Part shown: piece by piece, positions 48,701 through 58,684 of the stretch
Position numbering within the stretch: the first letter of the stretch is position 1
How the letters are laid out: each line of letters begins with the position of its first letter
IMG/VR virus record: IMGVR_UViG_3300028591_003923
Coordinates: 32,001-96,000 of that record
Strand: one strand, 5' to 3'
DNA from: a virus
Taxonomy: Duplodnaviria > Caudoviricetes
Length of the DNA stretch: 64,000 nt
Translations under genes and position numbers: made by a program
Notes under the pieces: generated by a model
Database searches by the model: none
Told to the model about the DNA's origin: nothing
The model's input: only the letters and a program-made list of their open reading frames with translations

Positions 48701-51700
48701 ATTCTGGAGTTGGAAAGGTTTTAGATCATATTAGTGGTTTTGGCTCTTCTATGGCATCTGCAGGAATGGGCTTACGTTCGTTTGGTAGTTTGTTACAACA
48801 ATCTGCTAATCCTGCTATAGCTACTTTTGGAACTGCATTAACTACAGCTGGTAGTTTATTAAGCACTATAGGAATGGGAGTAACGGGTCTTACTTCTGCT
48901 TTTTCATCTGCTTCAGCGTCTATTTCTGCTGCTACGGGTTTAATAGGAGGAGCTGCGACAGCTTTAACCGCAGGATTATTTGCATTAGTGGGTGTAGTTG
49001 CTGCAGCAATTATTTTAGAAAATAAACGTAGAGCTGATATTAAAAAGCGTGCAGAAGAGATTACTACCAACTATAAAGATAAAACTAAGGAGACTTCTTC
49101 TAATATAAGTGATTTACAAACTTGGCAAGATGAAATGCCACGACTTGCTAAAGGTGTTGATAAAAACGGTAATAATATTAATTTAGATGCTTCTGATTAT
49201 CAACATTATTTAGAAATAGTAGATCGTATAGCAGAATTAAATCCTGAAATAGTTAAAGGATATAATGCACAAGGACATGCAATTGTTGATAATAACACTG
49301 CTTTACAGAAAACCCTAGATTTACAAAAAGATAATCAAAGATTAGCTGTTGAAGAATATACTAGTGATGATTCAATTAAAGCTTTAATAGAAGCTAGAGA
49401 TTTAAATAAAACTCTTGGTGGATATACTGGTGGTAAACGAACAGTTGGTGGTAAATATACAAAAATAAATTATCAAGATAGTATGCTTGCTCCTCAAAAA
49501 ACAATGATGGAACAGGCAAAGAAAATGGTTCAATCTTTAACTAAAGCGGGATTATCAAATGAAGATTTTAAAGATTTTGGTATAGATTTATCTGCTTTAG
49601 AACAAGGTAATCAAGCTGCAATTAGTGCTTTATCAAATAATATTGATAAGATTAAAATTCGTGCTAAAGCTAAAATGCAGGAATTTGGTGATGAGGTTTC
49701 TGATAGTACAAAAGAAGCTTTTGATAAGAGTGTAAGTGGTTTTACAAATGCTGCTAGTGACCTTGATGAAATGATTACACCACTTTATGATGCTTTATCA
49801 GCTAAAATGTCTAATTCTAATGCATTTCAAAATATTCCTGATGATATGGTTACTTATTTTAATCAGGGATTAAAAAATATTGCTGCAGATAGCAAGTTAA
49901 GTTTTGATGAAATGATGAGCGAATCTCGCGCTTTATCTAATGAATTTGTAAATTTAACTGCTAAAGGTACTGACTATGATAAAGCGATGGATAAAATCGC
50001 TAAAGCACAAGAAAAATTTGGTGAAAATTTAGATACTGCAGCATATGATAAGGCAGCAGATGATGTAGTTAAAGATTTAAATAAAATTAAAGATGGTGTT
50101 GATTCTACTTCAACTTATGGTCAAGCTTTAACAGAATTTTTAGATAATCAAATTGCTCAAGTTCGTGATTTTACCAAAGATGGTGTAGCTAATGTTGCTG
50201 AAGCATTAAATACCATGACGGATAGAATTTCTGCTGCGGAAGGTGCTTTAGAATCATTTAAAAAAGTAGAAGAAGGAAGTAATTTTTCTACTGCTGCAGA
50301 TAATTTAAAGGAAATTTATGATACTGTAACAGAAAAAGGAAGCAATGGCGAAGCTAATAAGCATGCTGCGGGGTTAGGAGATCAATCTTATTGGGCTGCC
50401 GCTGAAGCTATTTTTGGTAGAGATAACTTAAAAAGTAAAGATAAGGCTGCAGTAGATAAAATGTTTTCTGGCATCAGTAAAATGATGCAAGAAGGCGAGA
50501 CAGGGGCATTAGCTTTTCGTGATAAATGGGTTTCTGCACGAAAAGAATTAGAAAAAATTAATGGGTTAACTTTGCATGAAAGTGGCTGGTTAAAAGAAAT
50601 AGATGAAGATGTTAATCCGGAAGCTTTTAAAGAAATAGCTGATACTTTAGGTATGTCTGAAGATACATTAACAGCTATGTTAAATAAGGCTCGTCAATTT
50701 GTTAATTTGGATTTTAGTGATTTAGCAGATGTACGAAAGGGATTAGCAACTAGTGAATCTACTATTACTGGGATAGAGCCAAAGAATGGTAAAGGTAAAC
50801 GAAGTTTATATATAAAAGAAGAAGCCTTATACGCAGAGTTTGCTAATGCTGGTATTACTAATATAAATGAGCAAGAAAAATATAGAAAACGATTAGAAAG
50901 CGAGCAAAATGTAAAAACCATTACAGAAGCTGCTAAAATAGGGATTGAAGAATTTAAAGATATGGGTATTCATTCTCAAGAATCTTTAATTTCTATTTTA
51001 AATGATACGGGTCAATTTACAAAAGATGAAATACAAGAATATGCGGAAAGTTATTCAAAAGCTAAGTTTAATAAAGAAGAATTTGATAAACAATTTGCAG
51101 CAGATGAAGCTTTAAAAGACCCGGTTGCGGGCGCGCAATTAGAATCATTAAAGAGTTTGGATGCGGCAGTAGCTACTATTGTTGATATTTTAGGCAATCA
51201 AAGAATAGCAGAAGGACATTTAGATAATCCAAGAGCTGAAAAAGCTGAGAAAATGCTTTTCGGTGAAAACGGTAATGATACTGAGGCGCAACGTTTTTGG
51301 CAAGGGAAAAATGCTGAAGGTGGCCTTATTTCAAGAAATGATTATATAGCAACTGGTAAAAGTTTAGATTCTTTTATAGCTGAAACGAATGAATATCTTC
51401 AAGAATTAGAAGAAGGTAGGAAAAACGCAAAAACAGGAAAAGAAAGAGATAAATTCCGTGATGAAATAGAGCGTTTTGAATATATGCTTGAAAGAGCAAA
51501 AGTATATCGTGATGAAGCAGAAGGTAACTATCATAAAACTAATGACAAAAAAATAGCAAAAGTTAATGAAGAAACAAATGGTTTCTTAGATGGTAAAACT
51601 TGGGAAGATTTTAAAGGTAAAAAGGGAAATATATTAGATACTTTATATCAAGCTTCTCAAGAACCAATTTCTGCTGTAACCGACAGTTTGATTACTGAAT

Positions 51701-54700
51701 TGCATAATGCGGGTTTACACTTAAAAGATGCTTATGAAGCTGGTTTAATTACAGATGAAGCTTATAAAGCTTATACACAAAAAGCCAAAAAAGATAGACA
51801 AAAGAGAAATGATGCTGAACAACAAGGTAAAGACGAAGCTGATGAAGAAACTAATAAAAAAGAACAAGAAAAGCGACAAAAAGAAGCTGCAGAAAAAGCA
51901 AGAATAGCTGCAGAACAACGAGAACGTGAAAATGCTGCTAAGAATGAAAGTACAGAAACAGAAAAACAAATTCAAGAAGACTTTAAAAAGCAACAGCAAG
52001 AAGAAGCTGCAAAGAAAGCGAGAGTTGCCGCTGAACAGAGGGCAAGGGAAAATGCCGCAAAATTTACCAACACAGAAGAACAAGGTGCATTTGATCAATA
52101 TACTCCAGAAGAAGCACAAAAAGCAGGTCAAAATTTAAAGAATTGGTGGAATAATCTTTTTAAATCATTTAAAATGGACACTAGTGAAAATGCTCTTGGT
52201 TTTAGTTCAGAAGATATTGACACTAGTGGTTTAGATAGTGCTGCAGAAGGTGCGAAAGATGTGGCTGATGGCGCGAAGGCAGCGTCAGATGAATTAGAAA
52301 AGAATAAAAATTCAATTACTAATGTTGCTTCAGCTGTAACTAGTGGATTAAATTATGCTAACAAGGGGGTTAAAACTTTTGTTCAAAATGCAAAAGAAGC
52401 TTCTAGTTCTAGTTTGCAAGGAAAGCCTAAAGAAAAGGGTACTACTATTCCTGGTGTTGGATACGTTGATAAAAGTGGTAAAATAATAACTGGTAATGGT
52501 TCTAAAAAAGAAGAACCTAAAAAAGCTATACCTGAAAATCAAACTGTTACTTTAAAAATTGATGCAGACTATACTCAAGTTACCGCTGCTAAGAAAGAAA
52601 TTAATTCTACTATTAAATTAGCAAATAAAGGTGCAGAGTTAAAAGTTACTAGTACTAATGATGTTGAATCTACTCAAAAGAAAATGAGTCAGGTTCAAAA
52701 ACAAGCATCTAAAGGAGTTAAAGGTGGAAAAGTTAGTTTTTCTACTAGTGCTGATACTTCTGGAGCATACAAAGGTATAGACAGTATTGTTAATAAAGCT
52801 AATAAAACTACTGCAAAAGTAAAAGTTACTTCTGTAAAAGCAGACGGTGCTTATGATGCAATTAACGCTTTAAAGTCTTATGCTGAAAAATCTGTTTCTT
52901 TTGGTGTAAATGTTAAACCTGGGCAAAAACGTAGTTTTAGTGTCTCTGTTAAAGCAGATTATCTTGGTCAAAATAATACCGGTGCTATACCTTCACTATC
53001 AAATTTAGGTTCTGCTGCAACAGGTACTTCTAAACCAGGTACTGGTCGTTTAGGTCCTAAAGGTAGAGGTGGATTAACTCTTACTGGAGAACTTGGGTAT
53101 GAAGTAGCTTGGTTACCTCGTCAGCATCGTTCAATGATTCTTGGTGTAAATGGACCAGAAATGGTTAATTTACCAGGAGATGCAGTTGTTTGGAATCATG
53201 AACAGTCAAAACAAATTGTTAAAAAGAATCAAATTCCAAGTGGTTCGGCTGCGATTGGTGCTGGTTCGATGGATGCTACTTCCGAAGACTGGCCTGATAG
53301 TTTGGGTGAAGAGAAGAAAAAAGGTTCTAAAAAGAAAGGAAAGAATTCTAACAGTGATAAAGAAAATAAAAAGAATTCTAAGAAAACTGGTAAAGCAGTT
53401 GACCAATGGATAAAATGGGCCGGAAAGATTGGTAAAATTACTAACTGGTGGGAAAATATAAGTCGTAAAGTCGAAGGCGCGCAGCGTATAGTAGATAAGA
53501 ATCAAAAAGATTTTGAAAAAGTTCTCAAAGCCGTTGGAACCACTTTATCTTCAATTCAAGGCTCAATTGATAAATATCAAAAGAGCTTAGAGACTTCTAT
53601 TAAAGTTAACCAAGAGATTTATGATCATTATACTACGCGGTTAGAAAACTTTGATAAGAACGGCGGTAGCAGAACTAAAATTAATAAATATAATACTACT
53701 TCTGAAAAAGCTTCGCAATTAAAAGCGAGTATTGATGCAGCAGGTTCAAAAGGAAAAGTTAAATATGGCGGTAAGAAAATTTCTGTTAAATCCGCTAGAA
53801 AAAAATTAAAACAGCTTAATAATACTGCGAAAAAGCAAAAGAAAAATGCGGTAGCACCAGAAGGAGTTGCAACAGTTACTTGGGATGATACGGCAATTGT
53901 TAAAAAAGGCAGTAAAAAGAAAAAGCAAAAGGTAAAACGTAAAGCTGCTATTGACTTTTCTGAAATCGTTTATTTTGACCCTGAAACCGGAGCTTATATT
54001 GCAGATACAGATAAGATTAATAATGCTGCAAAAATTAAGAAAGGTAAGAATAAAGGAAAAGTTAATAAAAAAGAAGCTCAAGCTATTCAAAAGAAAGCTA
54101 ATGAATATATTGATACTGCTACTCAGCGTCGTAATACTGCGGAAGATAAAATTAATGCCGCGCGAGAAGCATTAAATAAGTTAGCGGATGATACATATAA
54201 TATGTTTAATCGTTGGGAAAAGAGCCTGACTGAAACATATTTAATATCTAAAAAACTTGAAGCTTTACAGAAAAAGAGCGACATTTATGACGCACAAAAA
54301 GAATATATTACTGCTAGAACATCTGCAGGATATCATACCGAAGAATCATTTGACCAATTACAAAAAGTTTTAATTGATAAACAAAATAATTTAGTTGAAC
54401 AACTTCATGCTAATGTTGATAATATTGAAGCTTCATTTTCAGCATATCAGAAATCACTTAACTTCCAAGAATATTATGATAATTTCTTAATTCCTAATTT
54501 AAAAGGAATTAATGGTGAAAGTGAAACTGCTAATAATGATATAAAAGCAGCAAAAATAGTATTCGATTTAATGAAAGAATATGGATTGAATTCTGTTGAT
54601 ACATTTGACCCAGGTAAAATTAAAGAGATATATAAACAATATGCAGAGAATGAATATAATAATGAAACTGATACAGCAGTTCAAAAAGTAATTGACCGTA

Positions 54701-56364
54701 TTGCTGAAAATCAGGGAAATTACTTGGATGCAATACAAGAATCTTATGGAACATTAACTGAAGTTTATAATACTTTAAATGAATATGAAGAATATATTAA
54801 TGATTTTGAAGAATCTTTATTAAAAGGTTTTGAAGAAGAAATTAATAAGGAAATTGATAAGCAAGAAAAACTTAATTCTGCATTGACCGACGCCTTTAAG
54901 GATTTAATAGACGAGGTTAAACGTAGGCTTGACCAGCGTCGAGAAGTAGAAGATAATGCGAAAACAGAATCTGATATTAGTAAAAAACAACAACGTTTAG
55001 CCGTTTTACGTGCGGATACTTCAGGTGGTCATGCAAGTGAAATTAGGCAATTAGAACAAGAAATTGCAGACGCACAACAACAATACGGACGCACTTTAGA
55101 AGACCAATTACTTAATAGATTACAAGAACAAGGCGATGAAGCTGCTAAGCAACGTGAACGTCAGATTAAACTTCTTGAAATCCAACGTGATTTAGCACAA
55201 GCATTAGGTACTAATTTAGAAGAAGTTAAACGATTATTAGAAAATCCTGAAGAGAACTATGAACAGATTAGACAACTGTGGTTAACTAATCAAGGTTATG
55301 ATGAAGCGCTACCAGAGAAACAAGAACAGTTGGAAAAAGATTGGCTTAATGCTTGGGATGAATATCGTGCTTCTGGAATAGCTTCAGAAGAGTTGCGAAA
55401 AGTATTAGGAAGCAATGAACTTAATTTGCCAGCAGATTATCAAACAGCAGTTCAAGATGGCATAAAAAATATTTATGAGTTATTAGATGCTTATATTAAT
55501 AAAGGAGTACCAGAAGCTGAAGTCAAAACCGATTCTGATTTTAATTTAAGTACAGCTAAGGAAAAGGGAATAAATGCTGCGAAAGCTTATGAATTGGCTC
55601 GTCAAAAAGATAAGAATATTACTTATGAAGATATTAAAAATGCGGGATATAATGCAGAAGATTTCAAAACAGCAGGAATTAGTGCACAAAATGTTTTTGA
55701 TGCTGGAACCGAATATAATACTGCCAAAGATTTATACACAACTAAAGAATTAAAAGAAGCAGGTTATACTAAAGCACAAGAATTATTAGATGCAATTACT
55801 CAAATTAAAACCGCGGCAAAGAATCGTGTTACATATTGGAATAACTATCAAAAAAATGTAGACTTATTAAAGAAAAATGGGTTATCTAAAACTCAAAAGA
55901 AAACTTATAAAGCACGTAGAGATAATTGGAAAGCTAAATATGAGGCAATTAATGATGAGATTGATAATCTAAAAGAAATAATTAATAGTCATAATGTAGT
56001 TGGAAAGCGTGTTAAAGAAGTTAAAAATGGTACAGTTACTTTTTATAAAACTGGTGGTCTTGCCACGGAAACAGGCCCAGCTTGGCTTGATGGTACTCGC
56101 GCAAAGCCTGAACTTGTACTTAATGCAACAGATACAAAGAACTTCATTGCATTAAAAGATGTACTTTCAAGTGTAATGAATGGAGTAAACAGTATGACCG
56201 ATGTGTCTGACATACAGGGCGCGCCGGTGACATACGATATCAACATTAACGTAGACCATTTAAATAACGATTATGATGTTGATAGAGTTGCTGATAGAGT
56301 TAAAAAGATTATTGTTCAAGACGCAAGCTACAGAAATGTAACTGCTGTTAGAAAATTTAGATAA
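45760..56364 (+). CDS. tail tape measure protein (3534 aa)
   Basis: TP901-type core (ELDAAMTE...AGSRQQSRFIAMM), hydrophobic Gly/Ala segments, long coiled coils, GGLA..TGPAWLDG..PE C-terminal motif. Confidence 0.88.
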   Translation: MADNVVDILLRARMEAGDVASGVNSIQKALNGLTLPKNVSGDLEKQFAKIGPLLKDYQKQLDKGFKTSKDLKNLELLKSKITDTFGEIKDRLQDVNGQEIRFKADTQEIAKLEKELDGLQTKLKDKIGGIYKSNQTDQSIKTNINNLQKALSVQFKSGNFKFPALKELTSGLRQALNTKDFVTFNSQIDNIRDKINSLSASSKINIADSLGLKYAANDANAAGREINKFLTSIQVNKTAANSIETLRTKITETGNTLQQLKFDSATRGAEALGNTSSGIDQLMNSLSGAGQSAEQAANGMLSMQQQVDQLKTSTQYFFSLRNMINLLKQGVSQAVDTIKELDAAMTETAVVVPEWDVGDMWAKLPEYTQNANKLGATVVDLYKATTLYYQQGLRGNEVMDIAAETMKMARIGGLEAADATDKMTAALRGFNMEINQESAQRINDVYSNLAANTASNTEELGTAMQRTASIAASAGMSFEGTAAFLAQAIETTREPAENLGTAMKTIVARFTELKKNPLEISEVDGEEVSYNKVDTALQSIGVSLKDTNGQFRDLDQVFLDISQRWDSLTQTQQRYIATQAAGSRQQSRFIAMMSNYQRTTELMDFANNSEGASQEQFEKTMESLEAKMNKLKNAWDAFLMGITDNQIVKGAVDGLTALVGGVNKLIDALSLGVGPLKSFMSLMAAFTGLKMGGRFVNSMIGGLGGLVDPASSFGAGFKSGMVGRGNPALASQIYNPIVAAIHELGAAMGRTFGNGSGANSLFNKTADQIRYDAYKAAHQEFKNIAFNRGEYENKNATVNDLTKALSKLDTKDQNFLGKAFFNTTNAARQAIFGGWNKKAYSFHGHGEGERAFGRISMPMLNKADKAIYADVKNNSLPLSEYFKRIQDPGVIRQALDNAKADTNSPIYKFVSNLDKGITERVTQAASSVEEKIKNSNLSDEKKQAALDKFKSGDFNQKARDAEIARMQAKGILPNGEETFKNSGVGKVLDHISGFGSSMASAGMGLRSFGSLLQQSANPAIATFGTALTTAGSLLSTIGMGVTGLTSAFSSASASISAATGLIGGAATALTAGLFALVGVVAAAIILENKRRADIKKRAEEITTNYKDKTKETSSNISDLQTWQDEMPRLAKGVDKNGNNINLDASDYQHYLEIVDRIAELNPEIVKGYNAQGHAIVDNNTALQKTLDLQKDNQRLAVEEYTSDDSIKALIEARDLNKTLGGYTGGKRTVGGKYTKINYQDSMLAPQKTMMEQAKKMVQSLTKAGLSNEDFKDFGIDLSALEQGNQAAISALSNNIDKIKIRAKAKMQEFGDEVSDSTKEAFDKSVSGFTNAASDLDEMITPLYDALSAKMSNSNAFQNIPDDMVTYFNQGLKNIAADSKLSFDEMMSESRALSNEFVNLTAKGTDYDKAMDKIAKAQEKFGENLDTAAYDKAADDVVKDLNKIKDGVDSTSTYGQALTEFLDNQIAQVRDFTKDGVANVAEALNTMTDRISAAEGALESFKKVEEGSNFSTAADNLKEIYDTVTEKGSNGEANKHAAGLGDQSYWAAAEAIFGRDNLKSKDKAAVDKMFSGISKMMQEGETGALAFRDKWVSARKELEKINGLTLHESGWLKEIDEDVNPEAFKEIADTLGMSEDTLTAMLNKARQFVNLDFSDLADVRKGLATSESTITGIEPKNGKGKRSLYIKEEALYAEFANAGITNINEQEKYRKRLESEQNVKTITEAAKIGIEEFKDMGIHSQESLISILNDTGQFTKDEIQEYAESYSKAKFNKEEFDKQFAADEALKDPVAGAQLESLKSLDAAVATIVDILGNQRIAEGHLDNPRAEKAEKMLFGENGNDTEAQRFWQGKNAEGGLISRNDYIATGKSLDSFIAETNEYLQELEEGRKNAKTGKERDKFRDEIERFEYMLERAKVYRDEAEGNYHKTNDKKIAKVNEETNGFLDGKTWEDFKGKKGNILDTLYQASQEPISAVTDSLITELHNAGLHLKDAYEAGLITDEAYKAYTQKAKKDRQKRNDAEQQGKDEADEETNKKEQEKRQKEAAEKARIAAEQRERENAAKNESTETEKQIQEDFKKQQQEEAAKKARVAAEQRARENAAKFTNTEEQGAFDQYTPEEAQKAGQNLKNWWNNLFKSFKMDTSENALGFSSEDIDTSGLDSAAEGAKDVADGAKAASDELEKNKNSITNVASAVTSGLNYANKGVKTFVQNAKEASSSSLQGKPKEKGTTIPGVGYVDKSGKIITGNGSKKEEPKKAIPENQTVTLKIDADYTQVTAAKKEINSTIKLANKGAELKVTSTNDVESTQKKMSQVQKQASKGVKGGKVSFSTSADTSGAYKGIDSIVNKANKTTAKVKVTSVKADGAYDAINALKSYAEKSVSFGVNVKPGQKRSFSVSVKADYLGQNNTGAIPSLSNLGSAATGTSKPGTGRLGPKGRGGLTLTGELGYEVAWLPRQHRSMILGVNGPEMVNLPGDAVVWNHEQSKQIVKKNQIPSGSAAIGAGSMDATSEDWPDSLGEEKKKGSKKKGKNSNSDKENKKNSKKTGKAVDQWIKWAGKIGKITNWWENISRKVEGAQRIVDKNQKDFEKVLKAVGTTLSSIQGSIDKYQKSLETSIKVNQEIYDHYTTRLENFDKNGGSRTKINKYNTTSEKASQLKASIDAAGSKGKVKYGGKKISVKSARKKLKQLNNTAKKQKKNAVAPEGVATVTWDDTAIVKKGSKKKKQKVKRKAAIDFSEIVYFDPETGAYIADTDKINNAAKIKKGKNKGKVNKKEAQAIQKKANEYIDTATQRRNTAEDKINAAREALNKLADDTYNMFNRWEKSLTETYLISKKLEALQKKSDIYDAQKEYITARTSAGYHTEESFDQLQKVLIDKQNNLVEQLHANVDNIEASFSAYQKSLNFQEYYDNFLIPNLKGINGESETANNDIKAAKIVFDLMKEYGLNSVDTFDPGKIKEIYKQYAENEYNNETDTAVQKVIDRIAENQGNYLDAIQESYGTLTEVYNTLNEYEEYINDFEESLLKGFEEEINKEIDKQEKLNSALTDAFKDLIDEVKRRLDQRREVEDNAKTESDISKKQQRLAVLRADTSGGHASEIRQLEQEIADAQQQYGRTLEDQLLNRLQEQGDEAAKQRERQIKLLEIQRDLAQALGTNLEEVKRLLENPEENYEQIRQLWLTNQGYDEALPEKQEQLEKDWLNAWDEYRASGIASEELRKVLGSNELNLPADYQTAVQDGIKNIYELLDAYINKGVPEAEVKTDSDFNLSTAKEKGINAAKAYELARQKDKNITYEDIKNAGYNAEDFKTAGISAQNVFDAGTEYNTAKDLYTTKELKEAGYTKAQELLDAITQIKTAAKNRVTYWNNYQKNVDLLKKNGLSKTQKKTYKARRDNWKAKYEAINDEIDNLKEIINSHNVVGKRVKEVKNGTVTFYKTGGLATETGPAWLDGTRAKPELVLNATDTKNFIALKDVLSSVMNGVNSMTDVSDIQGAPVTYDININVDHLNNDYDVDRVADRVKKIIVQDASYRNVTAVRKFR

Positions 56365-56404
56365 AAAAAAGAGAGGGGACAATTAAGTCCCCTCTTTTAT
56401 TATA
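56364..56404. terminator. bidirectional terminator
   Basis: A-run, AGAGGGGAC/GTCCCCTCT hairpin, T-run between convergent genes. Confidence 0.75.
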
Positions 56405-56407
56405 CTT

Positions 56408-56797
56408 TTATTCATTCATAAACGGCATAAGAGCTTCAAGCTGTTCTGGTGTGCACTGAAGATTATCTCCAAGATCTGCAAGTGTAAGATTAAGGTTATC
56501 AATCTCTACAGTCATATTCTGTAAATCTTCAAGAGCTTGATTACATTCAGAAATTTTGTCTTCCTGAATAAGAATCTGGTCACCATCTTCTGAAAACTTA
56601 ACCTGTCCTGCTTCATCCTTTTGCGCGTATTTGTCAACAATTTCTTGGAATTTAGTTGAATAGAACTCAGCTTCTTGTTCTACTGCTTTCTTAATCTTAT
56701 TAATTTTATAAGCTCCCTTCAGTGGAATAACAGTTGTACCGAAGAAGTCATCGCTATTTCTAAAATCCATAAGCTGTTCCATTGTTACTTGTGCCAT
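56408..56797 (-). CDS. hypothetical protein
   Basis: AGGAGG RBS before ATG 56797. Confidence 0.7.
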   Translation of the reverse strand: MAQVTMEQLMDFRNSDDFFGTTVIPLKGAYKINKIKKAVEQEAEFYSTKFQEIVDKYAQKDEAGQVKFSEDGDQILIQEDKISECNQALEDLQNMTVEIDNLNLTLADLGDNLQCTPEQLEALMPFMNE

Positions 56798-56813
56798 AAG
56801 TTTATTCCTCCTT

Positions 56814-57542
56814 TTATTCCCAGTTGAATACTTCAACTTTTTTCTTATGATTATCTGTTATATATTTACCAATTCCTATTGCGTCTGCAACATCATCAGA
56901 AACGGTAATATCAAACCATTGCTTTACAATGTTTTGCATTGAACGTTTTTTATCACTTCTCGTTCGTCCTTTTACGCCACAGTTGGCGCGCCATGTGCCT
57001 GGAGGACAAATGATATAATCTATCTTCTGTTCTGCACAAGCTGCCATTAAAATTCCTTGCAAACGAGCAAGTGTACGATAGGTTGTTACACCCATTGAAT
57101 TGTTATGCTGTTGTAGTTGTATATCTTCCATACCGATTATGTCTGGTTTCCAATTTTGAATAAGTTGGATAAGCCAGTTGCGGACTTCTAAATCACGGGT
57201 TATTTCTTCTTCTGCGGTTGTTTGAAAAGTTCCTGCATGAACTAGTTCACCGTTGTCAAAAATTGAATAACCTGTAATATGAGTAGCTTGGTCTAAACCA
57301 ATTACTCTTTCAACGTTGCGTCCTTTTGGTAAAACATCTGTTCCAAAATTATAGTATTTATTTTGCTCACAAATTGGACATTTCCACTTGTCTCTAATTT
57401 TTTTATATGGAGCGTAGACTTTGTGTCCTTCGTTACATATGAATTCCATATCTGTATTTAAATTTACATACTTTTCAGAGACAAGTTGCCAATTATGTTC
57501 TATCGCCGCCTTTCTTATATCATCTATATTAATTTTACTCAC
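56814..57542 (-). CDS. RuvC-like Holliday junction resolvase with N-terminal Zn ribbon
   Basis: GLDQA..TGY, MED, DDVADAIGIG; CxxGH...CPIC. Confidence 0.82.
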   Translation of the reverse strand: MSKINIDDIRKAAIEHNWQLVSEKYVNLNTDMEFICNEGHKVYAPYKKIRDKWKCPICEQNKYYNFGTDVLPKGRNVERVIGLDQATHITGYSIFDNGELVHAGTFQTTAEEEITRDLEVRNWLIQLIQNWKPDIIGMEDIQLQQHNNSMGVTTYRTLARLQGILMAACAEQKIDYIICPPGTWRANCGVKGRTRSDKKRSMQNIVKQWFDITVSDDVADAIGIGKYITDNHKKKVEVFNWE

Positions 57543-58473
57543 CGGTATGTCCGAAGCCGCCGCCTCTGTTCTCTCCTAAATTAGCTACCGAATCGACTTG
57601 TGTAAAGATTGCTGTTGGAACTTGAACAAGTCTCATCTGTGCAAAACGTTGTCCCTCGGTAATTGTATAAGCTTGACCGTGAAGTATAGATTTGATATGA
57701 ACTTCTCCGTTTTCGTCAAAGTCATAATCTATGTCTTTGAAAGGTGGCTCTATGTTTTCTACAATAACACCGATTTCATCTCTATATCCACTATCAATTA
57801 AGCCAGGGGTGTTAGCAATTCTAAGTTTTGTTTTAACTGATTGTCCTGAACGTGGCTGGATGAGAATTGCATATCCAGTAGGGATGGCCATCTTAATGCC
57901 GGTTGGAATAATAACAGTCTCACCAGGGCCAATAGTATATTCCGCTGGACTGTATATATCCAGTCCTGCGTCTCCTTCGTTTGCATATTGCGGCAGGTTG
58001 ACGTTTTCTGCGATTTCACAGGGAATAATTATCGATTCGTGTGCGCGCCCAGTAAGTTTTTGAATTTTATTGGTTAATAAAGTTATAAATTGTTTAAGTA
58101 AATCTTTTTTACTTTCTGATAAGAAATTAATTTCATCAAAGGCTTCAAGGATAGAATTCGTATCAGACATGATTTTACTATAATCGTATTCTTCTGAAAG
58201 AATTAGGGCAAATAGTTCACGTTCTGACTGTTTTTCGTTTAATGTATCAGCAAATAGTTGAAGCATTTGTGGTTTAAGTTCTTCAAACTTATCTTCTGGT
58301 AGGGCAAACAAAGATTGAAACATTTCCAAGCCGCCCATCATATCTATTGCATCTTTGTTATCTTCATAGAAGTTTAAAATGTCCTTATCTTCAGTTTCGG
58401 TTTTGGTTTCATCTACTGTTACTTCTAAATCTTTCCCGCCTTCAATAACTTCTAATTTTGGTTCATCACTCAT
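57535..58473 (-). CDS. dut: trimeric dUTPase with N-terminal extension
   Basis: AGLDI, PRSG, GLIDSGYRDEI, RFAQ, RGGGFGHTG. Confidence 0.92.
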   Translation of the reverse strand: MSDEPKLEVIEGGKDLEVTVDETKTETEDKDILNFYEDNKDAIDMMGGLEMFQSLFALPEDKFEELKPQMLQLFADTLNEKQSERELFALILSEEYDYSKIMSDTNSILEAFDEINFLSESKKDLLKQFITLLTNKIQKLTGRAHESIIIPCEIAENVNLPQYANEGDAGLDIYSPAEYTIGPGETVIIPTGIKMAIPTGYAILIQPRSGQSVKTKLRIANTPGLIDSGYRDEIGVIVENIEPPFKDIDYDFDENGEVHIKSILHGQAYTITEGQRFAQMRLVQVPTAIFTQVDSVANLGENRGGGFGHTGE

Positions 58474-58684
58474 CGTCCCATACTCCTCCGAGCACCTTAG
58501 TTACTTTTACAACCCAGGCCTCGTCTATAATCTCGCCTTTAGCTTTCTTTGTTTTATACGTATAGCCGCTTGCGCCAAGTACGTATCCATTGTCCATAGC
58601 ATCCTGACGGTAATGCTCAATCAGCGCAATGGCCTGTTCTTCACTATCTGTACGATATTCTTCAGTTTGTTTTAGAATCTTCAT
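58466..58684 (-). CDS. hypothetical protein
   Basis: AGGAG RBS, overlapping ORF. Confidence 0.65.
   Translation of the reverse strand: MKILKQTEEYRTDSEEQAIALIEHYRQDAMDNGYVLGASGYTYKTKKAKGEIIDEAWVVKVTKVLGGVWDDE

Noticed and set aside
46317-56246. Antisense ORFs within the tape measure and other long genes
   Set aside because: Shadow ORFs lacking RBS or motifs
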